Source: a virus. Taken from it: a stretch of 62,690 nucleotides of DNA. This document shows positions 7,320 through 14,825 of this stretch, one piece after another (the first letter of the stretch is position 1; each line of letters opens with the position of its first letter). The stretch spans positions 1 through 62,690 of the IMG/VR virus record IMGVR_UViG_3300009156_000005; one strand, written 5' to 3'. Made by a program: the position numbers and the translations under genes. The notes under the pieces are model-generated. The model saw nothing but the letters and a program-made list of their open reading frames with translations, was not told where the DNA came from and made no database searches.

Positions 7320-7931
7320 TCCGCCAACCGGCATACACCGCCAACCGGCACCAATTCGCAGTGGCCTATACACCGCCATGCTCAAGCGCTTGGCTCATGC
7401 TCAAGCTCATTGTATCGAGCGCCGTTATAGTGGCTCTTGGAAGCTTGGGTCAATCCTCTTGCTTCCAAGCTCAAGCTTGCTTCCGGCACCACAGATCACC
7501 ACAAGCTTGATACACTGCCAACCGGCACGCACAATTTACAACCGGCACCAATGCAAGACTTCCGGCACGCACAACCGGCATGAGCCACAAACACAAGCTT
7601 GGGAGCGCGGTTGCTTGTGATCTTATCGTGCCAAGAGCATACCAATGCAACGCGGCATAGTGTTAGCGTGCAAAGTGCAAGCACCGCCATAATCTTTGCA
7701 TGGCACATTGGTTTACAGAATGTTGCATTGTGTAAAGCAATAAATGTTGCGATGCGCTTCACATAACAAGCTCAAAGGCGTGCCGGAGGGCTATGCCCTT
7801 ATTATGTCAAGCCCATGCCCCTTATGTAGCTCTCTAAGTCCGGATAGTGAAAAATTTCCCCTAATAGTTTGTTATTGTCAAGTTAGGTCTAAAAAATCTC
7901 GTTATTGGGTAGATAAGTGCAACAAATGGTG

Positions 7932-8963
7932 CTAAATGTCGGGTTGGGCATTTAGGGGGCGGAAGTTGTTGCGATTGGGCGGCGGAGGGGGTTCGGGGAC
8001 GGTGATAGGTTCGACGTGGATATAGGGTTGGTCGGCGGGGTTACGGAGGGGCAAGAAGTTGCGCGCTTGGTTACCGGAGAAGGCCGTTTTTTTGATACGG
8101 ACGGTAGCGGTATAGCTTTCTTTGCTGATCATGAGGCGGTGGAGTTGTTGATTGGAGACATAGGCGTTCCATGCGTGGATGACGAGGCGGGCAAGGAGAT
8201 TGGATTCCACAGGCCGGTTGAGATTTTTATGGATGCGAATGGTACGCGGCAGGAGGTCATGGAGGGCTTTGCGGGGGTCGCCGCGCGGGATGGCGTCATC
8301 TTGGGCGACTTGACGCCAGAAGTCGCGGGCGAGGTCGGGGGCATAGTGAAAGGTAATCAGGGCAACGGAGAAAACGGCAGATTTGTAAAGGAGTCTGCGC
8401 CAGTGTTTATCAATGGGGGAGATAGCGGCGTCGAGGCGATGATATTCGGGTGCCCAGAGGGGGACTTGTTCAAGGAGGACACCGACAGGGAGAAGGTTAT
8501 AGGGTGTTTGGCAACCGAAACAGTCATAGATAAAGCGAAGGGCGGCGGCGATTTCATCGACAGTGCGTTTAGGGACGTGCATTTGTTCAGAGATGTGATA
8601 GGCAACGGCGGTATCGGCAAAGGAGCGTTTTTTTTGAATATCGGTGGTAGCGTAGAGGATTTTGAGGTCATCTTCTGAGCAATTGAAGGTACGGACGATA
8701 GGGAGGGCGACAGGTTTATCGGCAAGGATGATAGCATTGAGGGTATGTTGGCCGTTGATGAGGATGGGTTGATTGTCGGAAGTGTGGGCGATTTGGATGG
8801 CGAAATTGGGCATGAGGCGATCATAGCGGATCTCGGTAGCAAGGAACTGGACGTGATTGGGGCGCAGTGGGCGATTTCTGGTATTAGCGACAAGGAGTTG
8901 TTCAGCCATGCCTGGGGTGATGAGTTCAAAGGTAGCGGTAGGGTTGAGGTACATAGGACGCAA
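7932..8963 (-). CDS. ParB/sulfiredoxin-like N-terminal domain protein (343 aa)
   Basis: NRPLRPNHVQFLATEI...ILINGQHTLNAI follows the pattern of ParB-like nuclease domains. The coding strand is strongly G-poor. Confidence 0.6.
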   Translation of the reverse strand: MRPMYLNPTATFELITPGMAEQLLVANTRNRPLRPNHVQFLATEIRYDRLMPNFAIQIAHTSDNQPILINGQHTLNAIILADKPVALPIVRTFNCSEDDLKILYATTDIQKKRSFADTAVAYHISEQMHVPKRTVDEIAAALRFIYDCFGCQTPYNLLPVGVLLEQVPLWAPEYHRLDAAISPIDKHWRRLLYKSAVFSVALITFHYAPDLARDFWRQVAQDDAIPRGDPRKALHDLLPRTIRIHKNLNRPVESNLLARLVIHAWNAYVSNQQLHRLMISKESYTATVRIKKTAFSGNQARNFLPLRNPADQPYIHVEPITVPEPPPPPNRNNFRPLNAQPDI

Positions 8964-9150
8964 ACGCTTTCTGCGCCAGTTTTAGCGCGACAAGTTTGGG
9001 GGGTAGATTGACAGGGAACAGAAAAGGGTTTACGTTGAGGAAGTAGGCAGTACCCATTTTCTCAAAGCTCAGGGGTAGCACCCCCTGGGCTTTGTTGTTC
9101 TTGGGGAGATGATCGCGCCAAAGATAAAAAAAATCAAGGGGTTTGCAGAC

Positions 9151-9474
9151 TTATGTCAATTCGCTGCTGTCTGGAGGGGGACGGCGGTGTTCGATGGGGT
9201 AGTTATAGCCATGCGGGTGGAGGGTATTGAAGTAGGAGATCCAGTAATCGAGGCGTGGGCCGAAGTGGATAGAGTCGGGGAGGGTTTCGATGAGGGTAAA
9301 GAGGGTATTTTGGATGCCGTAGCGGAGGATGTCGGATAGGAGGGTATCGTTTTGATGGAGACCGAAGCGGCGGGCATCGGTAGCGGCGCGGTGGCGGATA
9401 CGGGAGAGTTTGGCGGTGGAAGCGCCGATGAAGGATTTGCCGGTGGCTTTGCAGTAGGCTTTATAGATGATCAT
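9151..9474 (-). CDS. GIY-YIG domain nuclease (107 aa, catalytic domain only)
   Basis: IIYKAYCKATGKSFIG (GIY..YIG spacing), RIRHR, LIETL, and HPHGYN. Confidence 0.6.
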   Translation of the reverse strand: MIIYKAYCKATGKSFIGASTAKLSRIRHRAATDARRFGLHQNDTLLSDILRYGIQNTLFTLIETLPDSIHFGPRLDYWISYFNTLHPHGYNYPIEHRRPPPDSSELT

Positions 9475-9492
9475 AGGTTTATTAAAGCAAGT

Positions 9493-9735
9493 TTAGGGGT
9501 AGCGGGTTTTGGGCGGCACGTCTAGGAGCGTTGGTTGGGCTGGGATGGCAGGTTCGCAGTGTGGTTTGAGGGCATCTTTGAGTTCGGCCAGGATCGATTT
9601 AAGGCGGTCGATTTCAGCGAGTTTGGCGGCGAGTTTGGGGGGGTTATCACGAAAGACGTATTGGCGTGCGGAGCGTTCTTTGTTGGCGATTTTGACGGCT
9701 TCGGTATAGAGGGTTTGGAGATGGTCAATATTCAT
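9493..9735 (-). CDS. Hypothetical coiled-coil protein (80 aa)
   Basis: The ATG at 9735 (MNIDHLQTLY) is preferred because the longer form would run into the 9769-9809 hairpin. Confidence 0.5.
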   Translation of the reverse strand: MNIDHLQTLYTEAVKIANKERSARQYVFRDNPPKLAAKLAEIDRLKSILAELKDALKPHCEPAIPAQPTLLDVPPKTRYP

Positions 9736-9768
9736 AAGGGTAAATATAGCATGATAAGGTGGGGCGAT

Positions 9769-9809
9769 CAAGAGCGATGGGGTACGAGGCCATCGCTCTT
9801 GGTCTTTTT
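9769..9809 (+). terminator. Strong plus-oriented intrinsic terminator inside a minus-strand gene block
   Basis: 12-bp stem CAAGAGCGATGG / CCATCGCTCTTG with a 9-nt loop, followed by gtcTTTTTg. There is no A-run on the other side. Confidence 0.7.
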
Positions 9810-9817
9810 GTGTAAGG

Positions 9818-11195
9818 GGCGGTTGCTGAGATGTGCAGTGACTCGCTAAGCAGAACAGTGACTCGCTGTGCCGTTGCGGGGCGCGGCTTTACTTTTCCTT
9901 TGCCAAGCGGAGGCTCGCTATGCCGTTGCACCGAGATGCGGAGAGCCGCGCTGCTATGCCATCGCGTAGGAACGGCTCGCAGTGGTACGCCGTTGCGTGG
10001 GTACGAGGTACGTAGCTCCGCCGTTGCGTCGTCATGCGTCGAACTGATGTGCCTTAGCCAAGCTAGGCGTAGGTGCGGATTGGTCTGCCGTGGCGGTGTA
10101 GTGCAAGGATTGGCCTTGCCGTTACCGAGACAAGAGCAATGGTACGGATTGCTTTGCCGATGCTTTGGAGGGCCACGTTATGCCGTGGCATTGACTGGCT
10201 CTGGATAGGTGCGCCATTGCTGCGGGCTGCGTTGTAGGGTTTTGCGTAGCCGTTGCTGGGCGGTGTACTGTTGAGGTAAGCTCTGCCTTCGCCACGCGCG
10301 GGGTTGCTCAACTGCGCCGTTGCTGTGTACAGGACTGGTGCGCAATGCCGTCGCATTGGTAGGCTAAGGGTTACGTCGCCGCTGCGCCGAGCCGTTGAGT
10401 GCCTTGACTTGCCTTTGCGTGGATTAGTATTGGAGCGACTTGCTTTGCCTTTGCTGCGCTACGCTAACTATGACTCGCAAGGCCGTTGGTTCCCAGCGGT
10501 GTGCGTAGCGGTTGCTGGGCGACGATTCGGCTTGCCTTGCCTTTGCTGAGAAGTGCTGCGTCCTGGTGTGCAGTGCCGTTGCCAAGATCAGCTTAGCTTT
10601 TCCATGCCGTTGCCACGATCAGCGTAGACTCGCTTAGCCATTGCTACGAACAGCGTAGGGTTGCTTAGCCGTTGCCCTGATAAGTTGTTAAGGTGCGCGG
10701 TTGCTTTGCGTGTGCGTAGAGTAGAATCAAAGTGTGCTACGCTGACAGCACGTAGATCTACCTTGACGATGCCCTGCTCAACTTCGCTTTTACGGTGTCT
10801 TGCTTTGCACGGCCATGCCGTCGCGGGGCACAGGCGAACTAAGCTCTGCCCTTGCGTTGATACGATATGTACTGCCATGCCTCTGGCTCGCGCTGGTAGG
10901 CCATGCCTTCGCTCGGAAGTGCCAGGCTTCCCTATGCCTTTGCATAGATATGGCTGGCTTAGCTTTCCAGTGCCCTTGCGTAGCGTCGGGCTACCATGCC
11001 GCTGCTGAGATATGGCTGGCTTGCCCTGCCGTTGCCTTGCGTCGTCCCGCCTTGCCGTTGCGATGGCAAGCATAGAGGTGATGAGCTAAGCCGTTGCCAC
11101 GGTCGGCTATGGGCTGATTGCCTTGCCACTGCTTCGATTAGCCATGAGACGCCTTTGCTTGGCGATGGTTTGGACAGCTAAGCCTTTGCCATGTT
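9818..11195. repeat. Array of about 43 degenerate same-orientation repeats (modal period 31 bp, core GCCGTTGC, second box GCGTAG)
   Basis: Core start positions include 9989, 10020, 10051, 10087, 10118, 10156, 10182, 10213, 10249, 10285, 10316, 10347, 10378, 10411, 10447, 10482, 10508, 10539, 10575, 10606, 10637, 10668 and 10697. The spacing is mostly 31 bp and otherwise 26-38 bp. Confidence 0.85.
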
Positions 11196-11768
11196 GAAGG
11201 AGAAGCGCCCCCATGATCCGCTGCGCCATTGCCCCATTCCCCTGTACTTGCCATAATCAAAGAGTTCAAAAAGAAGCTCTTGGCTCATGGTTTTGTCATC
11301 GAGGACAAGAAGCTCAAAGTTGAGGGTTGAGCCGGTTGGGATTGTCTCGCTAAAGGCAAGGGCGACACGTTCGCCTTGTGCGGTTTGGGCACGGAGCGGG
11401 CGTTGCAGTTCACCGACGGTGCCGTGCAGGGTAAAGGGGATCAGGCGTGGTTCGACAAAGACCAAGCCGTCGATCACCTTCTTGAAGGCACGCACCTTTT
11501 TGGAGAGGCTATCTTCCATACGGGAGAGCATAGAGCAAGCGTCTTTGAGATAGCCTTTTACCACATAGTCATAAAGCACAGGTGTGCCATCGGGGAGCCG
11601 GTGGAAGCCGGTTTTGCCCTTGTCGTCAATGGTGATGGTTTCCACTTCTTCGATGGCATTGGCCGGAGCGCCGTCTTTACTGGCGATGAAGTCGGTGTAG
11701 ATCTGCTTATTGAGCGGCACTGTCCCTAGAATATCGGTTAGAAAGGTCAGTGTTACATCGTAGCGCAT
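11178..11768 (-). CDS. Hypothetical protein with RAMP (Cas7/Csm3-like) motif order
   Basis: GGAGGA sits 3 nt before the ATG at 11768. Motifs in order: MRYDVTLTFLTDILGTVP; GFHRLPDGTPVLYDYVVKGYLKD; GERVALAFSETIPTGSTLNFELLVLDD; and a C-terminal glycine loop GKYRGMGQWRSGSWGRF. Confidence 0.65.
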   Translation of the reverse strand: MRYDVTLTFLTDILGTVPLNKQIYTDFIASKDGAPANAIEEVETITIDDKGKTGFHRLPDGTPVLYDYVVKGYLKDACSMLSRMEDSLSKKVRAFKKVIDGLVFVEPRLIPFTLHGTVGELQRPLRAQTAQGERVALAFSETIPTGSTLNFELLVLDDKTMSQELLFELFDYGKYRGMGQWRSGSWGRFSFNMAKA

Positions 11769-11838
11769 CAGTCCTCCAGAAATTATCATGGTAAGTTTGA
11801 GAGTAAGTGGGGGTGTTACTGGCTTGGGTATTTGATGA

Positions 11839-12027
11839 TTATTTCATGCTGGTTATCTCCTTCCGCGCCTCAGTTGTGCGGTGGTCGGGGCAATAGTGCT
11901 TCTTGGAGCCGATTTGCCAGTTGTCCATGCGGGCGAACATGATGAGGCGGCTGCGGTTGTGGGTGAAACTGACATAGCGTTTTTCGCAACCTGGCTGGTC
12001 GCACTTGATGGTAAGGTAGATGCTCAC
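11839..12027 (-). CDS. Small zinc-ribbon-like protein (62 aa)
   Basis: CDQPGC...YCPDH cysteine/histidine pairs. The gene is tightly packed in the operon. Confidence 0.5.
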   Translation of the reverse strand: MSIYLTIKCDQPGCEKRYVSFTHNRSRLIMFARMDNWQIGSKKHYCPDHRTTEARKEITSMK

Positions 12028-12437
12028 AGTTCCTCATCGGATGTGTCATAGATGGCGAACGAGCCATCGGGTTCGAGACGGCGGCGGCGCACGCGGGTCT
12101 GATGGTCAACAAAATCAATGGCGCGTGTCCAGTTCTTTGGCTCAGCGGGATAGTAGTCGGGGCCAGGCGGGTCGATGTAGCCTAGCAGGGATGAGAGTGC
12201 TATGACAAGCGCATTGGTAGAGCCGCCGTTGGCTTCATCATCATACGTCCATTGGCGACCGCGGGTGAGCGGGGTGTCATACTCAAAGATGCCCCAATTG
12301 TAGAGTTGGCGTTCGATGGTAAGCACATGGCCGATGTGCGGCGATGGGCACTGGACGTACATGCCGTCAAAGTCGGGCACTTCAAAAGGGGCGGCTGGTA
12401 GCGACTTGGGTAGGTCACCGGTGTCAATTTTCCTCAC
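12024..12437 (-). CDS. Hypothetical protein (137 aa)
   Basis: 4-nt overlaps with both neighbouring genes. Confidence 0.6.
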   Translation of the reverse strand: MRKIDTGDLPKSLPAAPFEVPDFDGMYVQCPSPHIGHVLTIERQLYNWGIFEYDTPLTRGRQWTYDDEANGGSTNALVIALSSLLGYIDPPGPDYYPAEPKNWTRAIDFVDHQTRVRRRRLEPDGSFAIYDTSDEEL

Positions 12438-12742
12438 TGAATACCCTCACGTTCGACCAGGCTCAGCAGCACGGCAATCGGAGCCGAGTTGTCTTTGCTT
12501 TCCAGTTCTCCCAGCAAGCGCAAGGCTTCAATGGCAAGATGCACCGTTGCCAAGTGCATCTTGGTCATGGGAACGAGCGGGATCAGCCGGTAGCCTTTGG
12601 GTAGGTTGGATGTGACCTGCACGCCGTTGACGCTGGCGATGATGTCAACGCCATTGCCGTTAATCGGGTCGGAGTGCTTGAGCGTGCAGGGGACGGCGAA
12701 GTCATCACCAGGCAAGGCCAGGAGATAGGTGCCTTCTTTCAT
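12434..12742 (-). CDS. Hypothetical protein (102 aa)
   Basis: 4-nt overlaps with both neighbouring genes. Confidence 0.6.
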   Translation of the reverse strand: MKEGTYLLALPGDDFAVPCTLKHSDPINGNGVDIIASVNGVQVTSNLPKGYRLIPLVPMTKMHLATVHLAIEALRLLGELESKDNSAPIAVLLSLVEREGIQ

Positions 12743-13161
12743 GGTTTTTCCTCAAGTTGTTTTTGGTTCTCCTTGTAGACATCGTACATGGTCTCTTTGG
12801 AGTCGGTTCGCACGATCATGTAGGGCATAAAGACTTCATCGGCGCTGACCATGTTAGTCTGGATGATGGCGATCTGCGCCGCCGTCCAGTCTTTCAAAAT
12901 GCGCCAGGCAATGCGCAGGGCTTGTTTGTGGGTACGCAGACCTTTGGGCACGCTTGGATTTGTTACGATAAGTTTATAGACTTGCTCGGTACGACAGGGG
13001 AGCAGGTAGGTGTTGTGTTCAAGCTCAAAGATCAGGGCAACCGGCTCACCATGCTCAAAGTTGACCAGGACACGGTTGGCACCGGCGCGGCCAAGCATGA
13101 TGTGGATCTCGGTGACAGACCTGCTGGCTTCGATGCTTGTCGAGTAGTTCAGTACCGGCAT
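12739..13161 (-). CDS. Hypothetical phage protein (140 aa)
   Basis: The ORF overlaps its neighbours. The composition looks protein-like. Confidence 0.6.
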   Translation of the reverse strand: MPVLNYSTSIEASRSVTEIHIMLGRAGANRVLVNFEHGEPVALIFELEHNTYLLPCRTEQVYKLIVTNPSVPKGLRTHKQALRIAWRILKDWTAAQIAIIQTNMVSADEVFMPYMIVRTDSKETMYDVYKENQKQLEEKP

Positions 13162-13541
13162 CAGTCCCTCTTTAACTTTGGCAAGTGAAACTCATGGCAG
13201 AAGGCGCAATATTTCTCACGGATGTCGCCCAGGTTGGCCGAAGCCATGCCACAACAGAGACAGACAATGCTGGCTTCGCCTGGCGTTAGCTCATAAGTGG
13301 CAAGGCCGTTGAGCTTGAGGACGGTACGGCGCTCGCGGGCATCGAGCAAGCGCCGTTGGTCTCTGGCGTCTTTCTTCATGCAGGGTTTGTCCCGCGCGGG
13401 CGGGTCATCGACTTCCTCATCCAGTCCATCCTCTTTATCAAATTCAAAATCAAAGCTGTCATCATCCATATACCATAGGCGCACTTGCATAAATGTAATA
13501 TATCCTGTATACTCGTACAAGTCGTGCAATTTGTACGGCAA
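13161..13541 (-). CDS. Hypothetical protein with a C-terminal CxxC...CxxC motif (126 aa)
   Basis: CLCCG...CAFCHEFH. It is the first gene of the minus-strand operon. The exact start is uncertain. Confidence 0.5.
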   Translation of the reverse strand: MPYKLHDLYEYTGYITFMQVRLWYMDDDSFDFEFDKEDGLDEEVDDPPARDKPCMKKDARDQRRLLDARERRTVLKLNGLATYELTPGEASIVCLCCGMASANLGDIREKYCAFCHEFHLPKLKRD

Positions 13542-13562
13542 GAAGTCTTACTCAGGAGAACA

Positions 13563-13892
13563 ATGATGCCTTTACGAAGTCACAAGCTCGGTTCAGATGA
13601 AGTACGCCGCCAATGGCGTGATGTGTTGGATGAGGTGCAAGCCGGTGAGAGTGTGATCGTCTCGCGTGCTGGTAAGCGGGTTGCGGTCATCATTCCCTTT
13701 GAGTTATGGGATCTGGCAAAAGACCAACTCGAAAACTTGGATGACACGCTTGACCTGCGCAAAAAGATTGACGCATACCGCCGTGCTGTGGCGGCGGGTC
13801 TTGAGGAACGTGATCCAACTTGGGATCGACTGGCTGACGAAGAAGTCGCGGCTGGGTACTTGGCTCCCTTAGAAGAAAAGGAAGCCGCGTGA
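13563..13892 (+). CDS. Phd/YefM-family antitoxin
   Basis: SDEVRRQWRDVLDEVQAGESVIVSRAGKRVAVIIPFELW matches the family pattern. The gene overlaps the toxin gene by 4 nt. Confidence 0.7.
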   Translation: MMPLRSHKLGSDEVRRQWRDVLDEVQAGESVIVSRAGKRVAVIIPFELWDLAKDQLENLDDTLDLRKKIDAYRRAVAAGLEERDPTWDRLADEEVAAGYLAPLEEKEAA

Positions 13893-14155
13893 GCCAACCC
13901 TACCGTGTGACCTATGCGCCCGCCGCCGCCAAATTTATCGAGAAAAAAGCGCCCAATCACATGCGGGGACGGTTGAAAGCGGCTTGTGAGTCGCTTGGGC
14001 GAGAACCACGCCCCTATGGTTGCGAAAAGATGTCTGGTTATGACAACCGCTGGCGTATTCGCGAAGGCGACTATCGGATCGTCTATGAAATTTACGATAA
14101 AGAGTTGCACGTCCACATCATTGACACAGACCATCGCAAGGACATATACCGCTAA
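13889..14155 (+). CDS. RelE/ParE-family toxin
   Basis: WRIREGDYRIVYEIYDKELHVHIIDTDHRKDIY is the canonical RelE/ParE C-terminal pattern. Confidence 0.85.
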   Translation: MSQPYRVTYAPAAAKFIEKKAPNHMRGRLKAACESLGREPRPYGCEKMSGYDNRWRIREGDYRIVYEIYDKELHVHIIDTDHRKDIYR

Positions 14156-14799
14156 TTAAATTTGTAGTTTGAAGCCCCTGGTGGTTTGCCAGGGGCTTTT
14201 TTGTGCAAGCGGTCGAGGAAGTCCCTGCCGCCGCTCTCTTTGATAATCTTTTCTTGCAAACCACGGCGATAGCCCTTCCAAAAGGCGTTGCAGAGGTCGC
14301 TTTGGGCATCGTTGGGCTTGTCGTCGTCATAGGGGGTATGCTCGGTCGCCAGCGGGATCATGCGCTTGCGGGCGTTGCGCCGCACATCCATGAAGCTGAT
14401 CGCCATGCGCCCATCAATCGTTTGGCCGATGGCAGAGATGGTCTCAATGCGCTTGGGGTCATCACGCGGCATTGGGCGCTCTTCCAGCGGCTCAGGGCCG
14501 GATGTGCGCCAGGCTTCACTGAGAAAGACAAAGGCGATCACCAGATGACCGGCTTCGGCCATCTTGACGCCAAAGGCTTCGAGGTACTTGTACCTGTGAT
14601 CCACGTCAAAGTCAGGCATCACGGCAATCACGGAGCCTCTGTCAGTGGGCGGTTGAAAGGTATAGAGATAGGCAACCGGTATAAAGGCGGTTGCCTTGCC
14701 ATCTGCCAGATGTTCCCTTGCCTGGATCATGGCAATCTCAAACAGGTGGTTGAAATCCGCCGTCGGCAAGATATAGCTCTTGGGGTCGTGACCTGTCAT
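14152..14799 (-). CDS. Hypothetical protein (215 aa)
   Basis: AGGAGA RBS upstream. The 3' end overlaps the toxin gene tail to tail by 4 nt. Confidence 0.6.
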   Translation of the reverse strand: MTGHDPKSYILPTADFNHLFEIAMIQAREHLADGKATAFIPVAYLYTFQPPTDRGSVIAVMPDFDVDHRYKYLEAFGVKMAEAGHLVIAFVFLSEAWRTSGPEPLEERPMPRDDPKRIETISAIGQTIDGRMAISFMDVRRNARKRMIPLATEHTPYDDDKPNDAQSDLCNAFWKGYRRGLQEKIIKESGGRDFLDRLHKKAPGKPPGASNYKFN

Positions 14800-14825
14800 G
14801 TGATCTCCTATAAATCCTATAAAAC

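Larger units (their letters stand above)
1170..7640. other. Compositionally distinct island rich in AAGCTT, CAAGCTTG and CCGGCA-type words
   Basis: By-eye count: about 27 AAGCTT in this span and none seen elsewhere. Leu is mostly CTT/TTG and Gln almost always CAA, whereas the late genes use CTG/CAG. Confidence 0.7.

Noticed and set aside
7276-7620. ORFs 7271-7510 and 7276-7620 in the gap after the island
   Set aside because: They overlap each other in two frames. They are driven by the CCGGCAC/CAAGCTT word repeats and yield implausible low-complexity peptides.
8016-8678. Plus-strand 220-aa ORF, and similar long antisense ORFs (14203-15003, 18617-19297, 32026-32634, 38769-39347, 41114-41836, 44852-45613, 57013-57756)
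   Set aside because: These are shadow ORFs opposite genes with recognisable domains or clear operon context. Their products are Gly/Arg/Val-rich with no motifs.
9831-11075. ORFs 9831-10208, 10063-10356, 10304-10549, 10588-11073, 10661-11008 and 10800-11075 as genes
   Set aside because: They lie in three frames on both strands and overlap one another. They translate the repeat units into periodic Arg/Cys/Leu/Pro-rich strings. None spans the array, because the unit length is not a constant multiple of three.
9818-11195. CRISPR array
   Set aside because: The period is only about 31 bp. Each unit has a short 8-13 nt conserved core rather than alternating conserved repeats and unique spacers at 60-70 bp. 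The repeats are degenerate, and no cas operon is present beyond one RAMP-like ORF.
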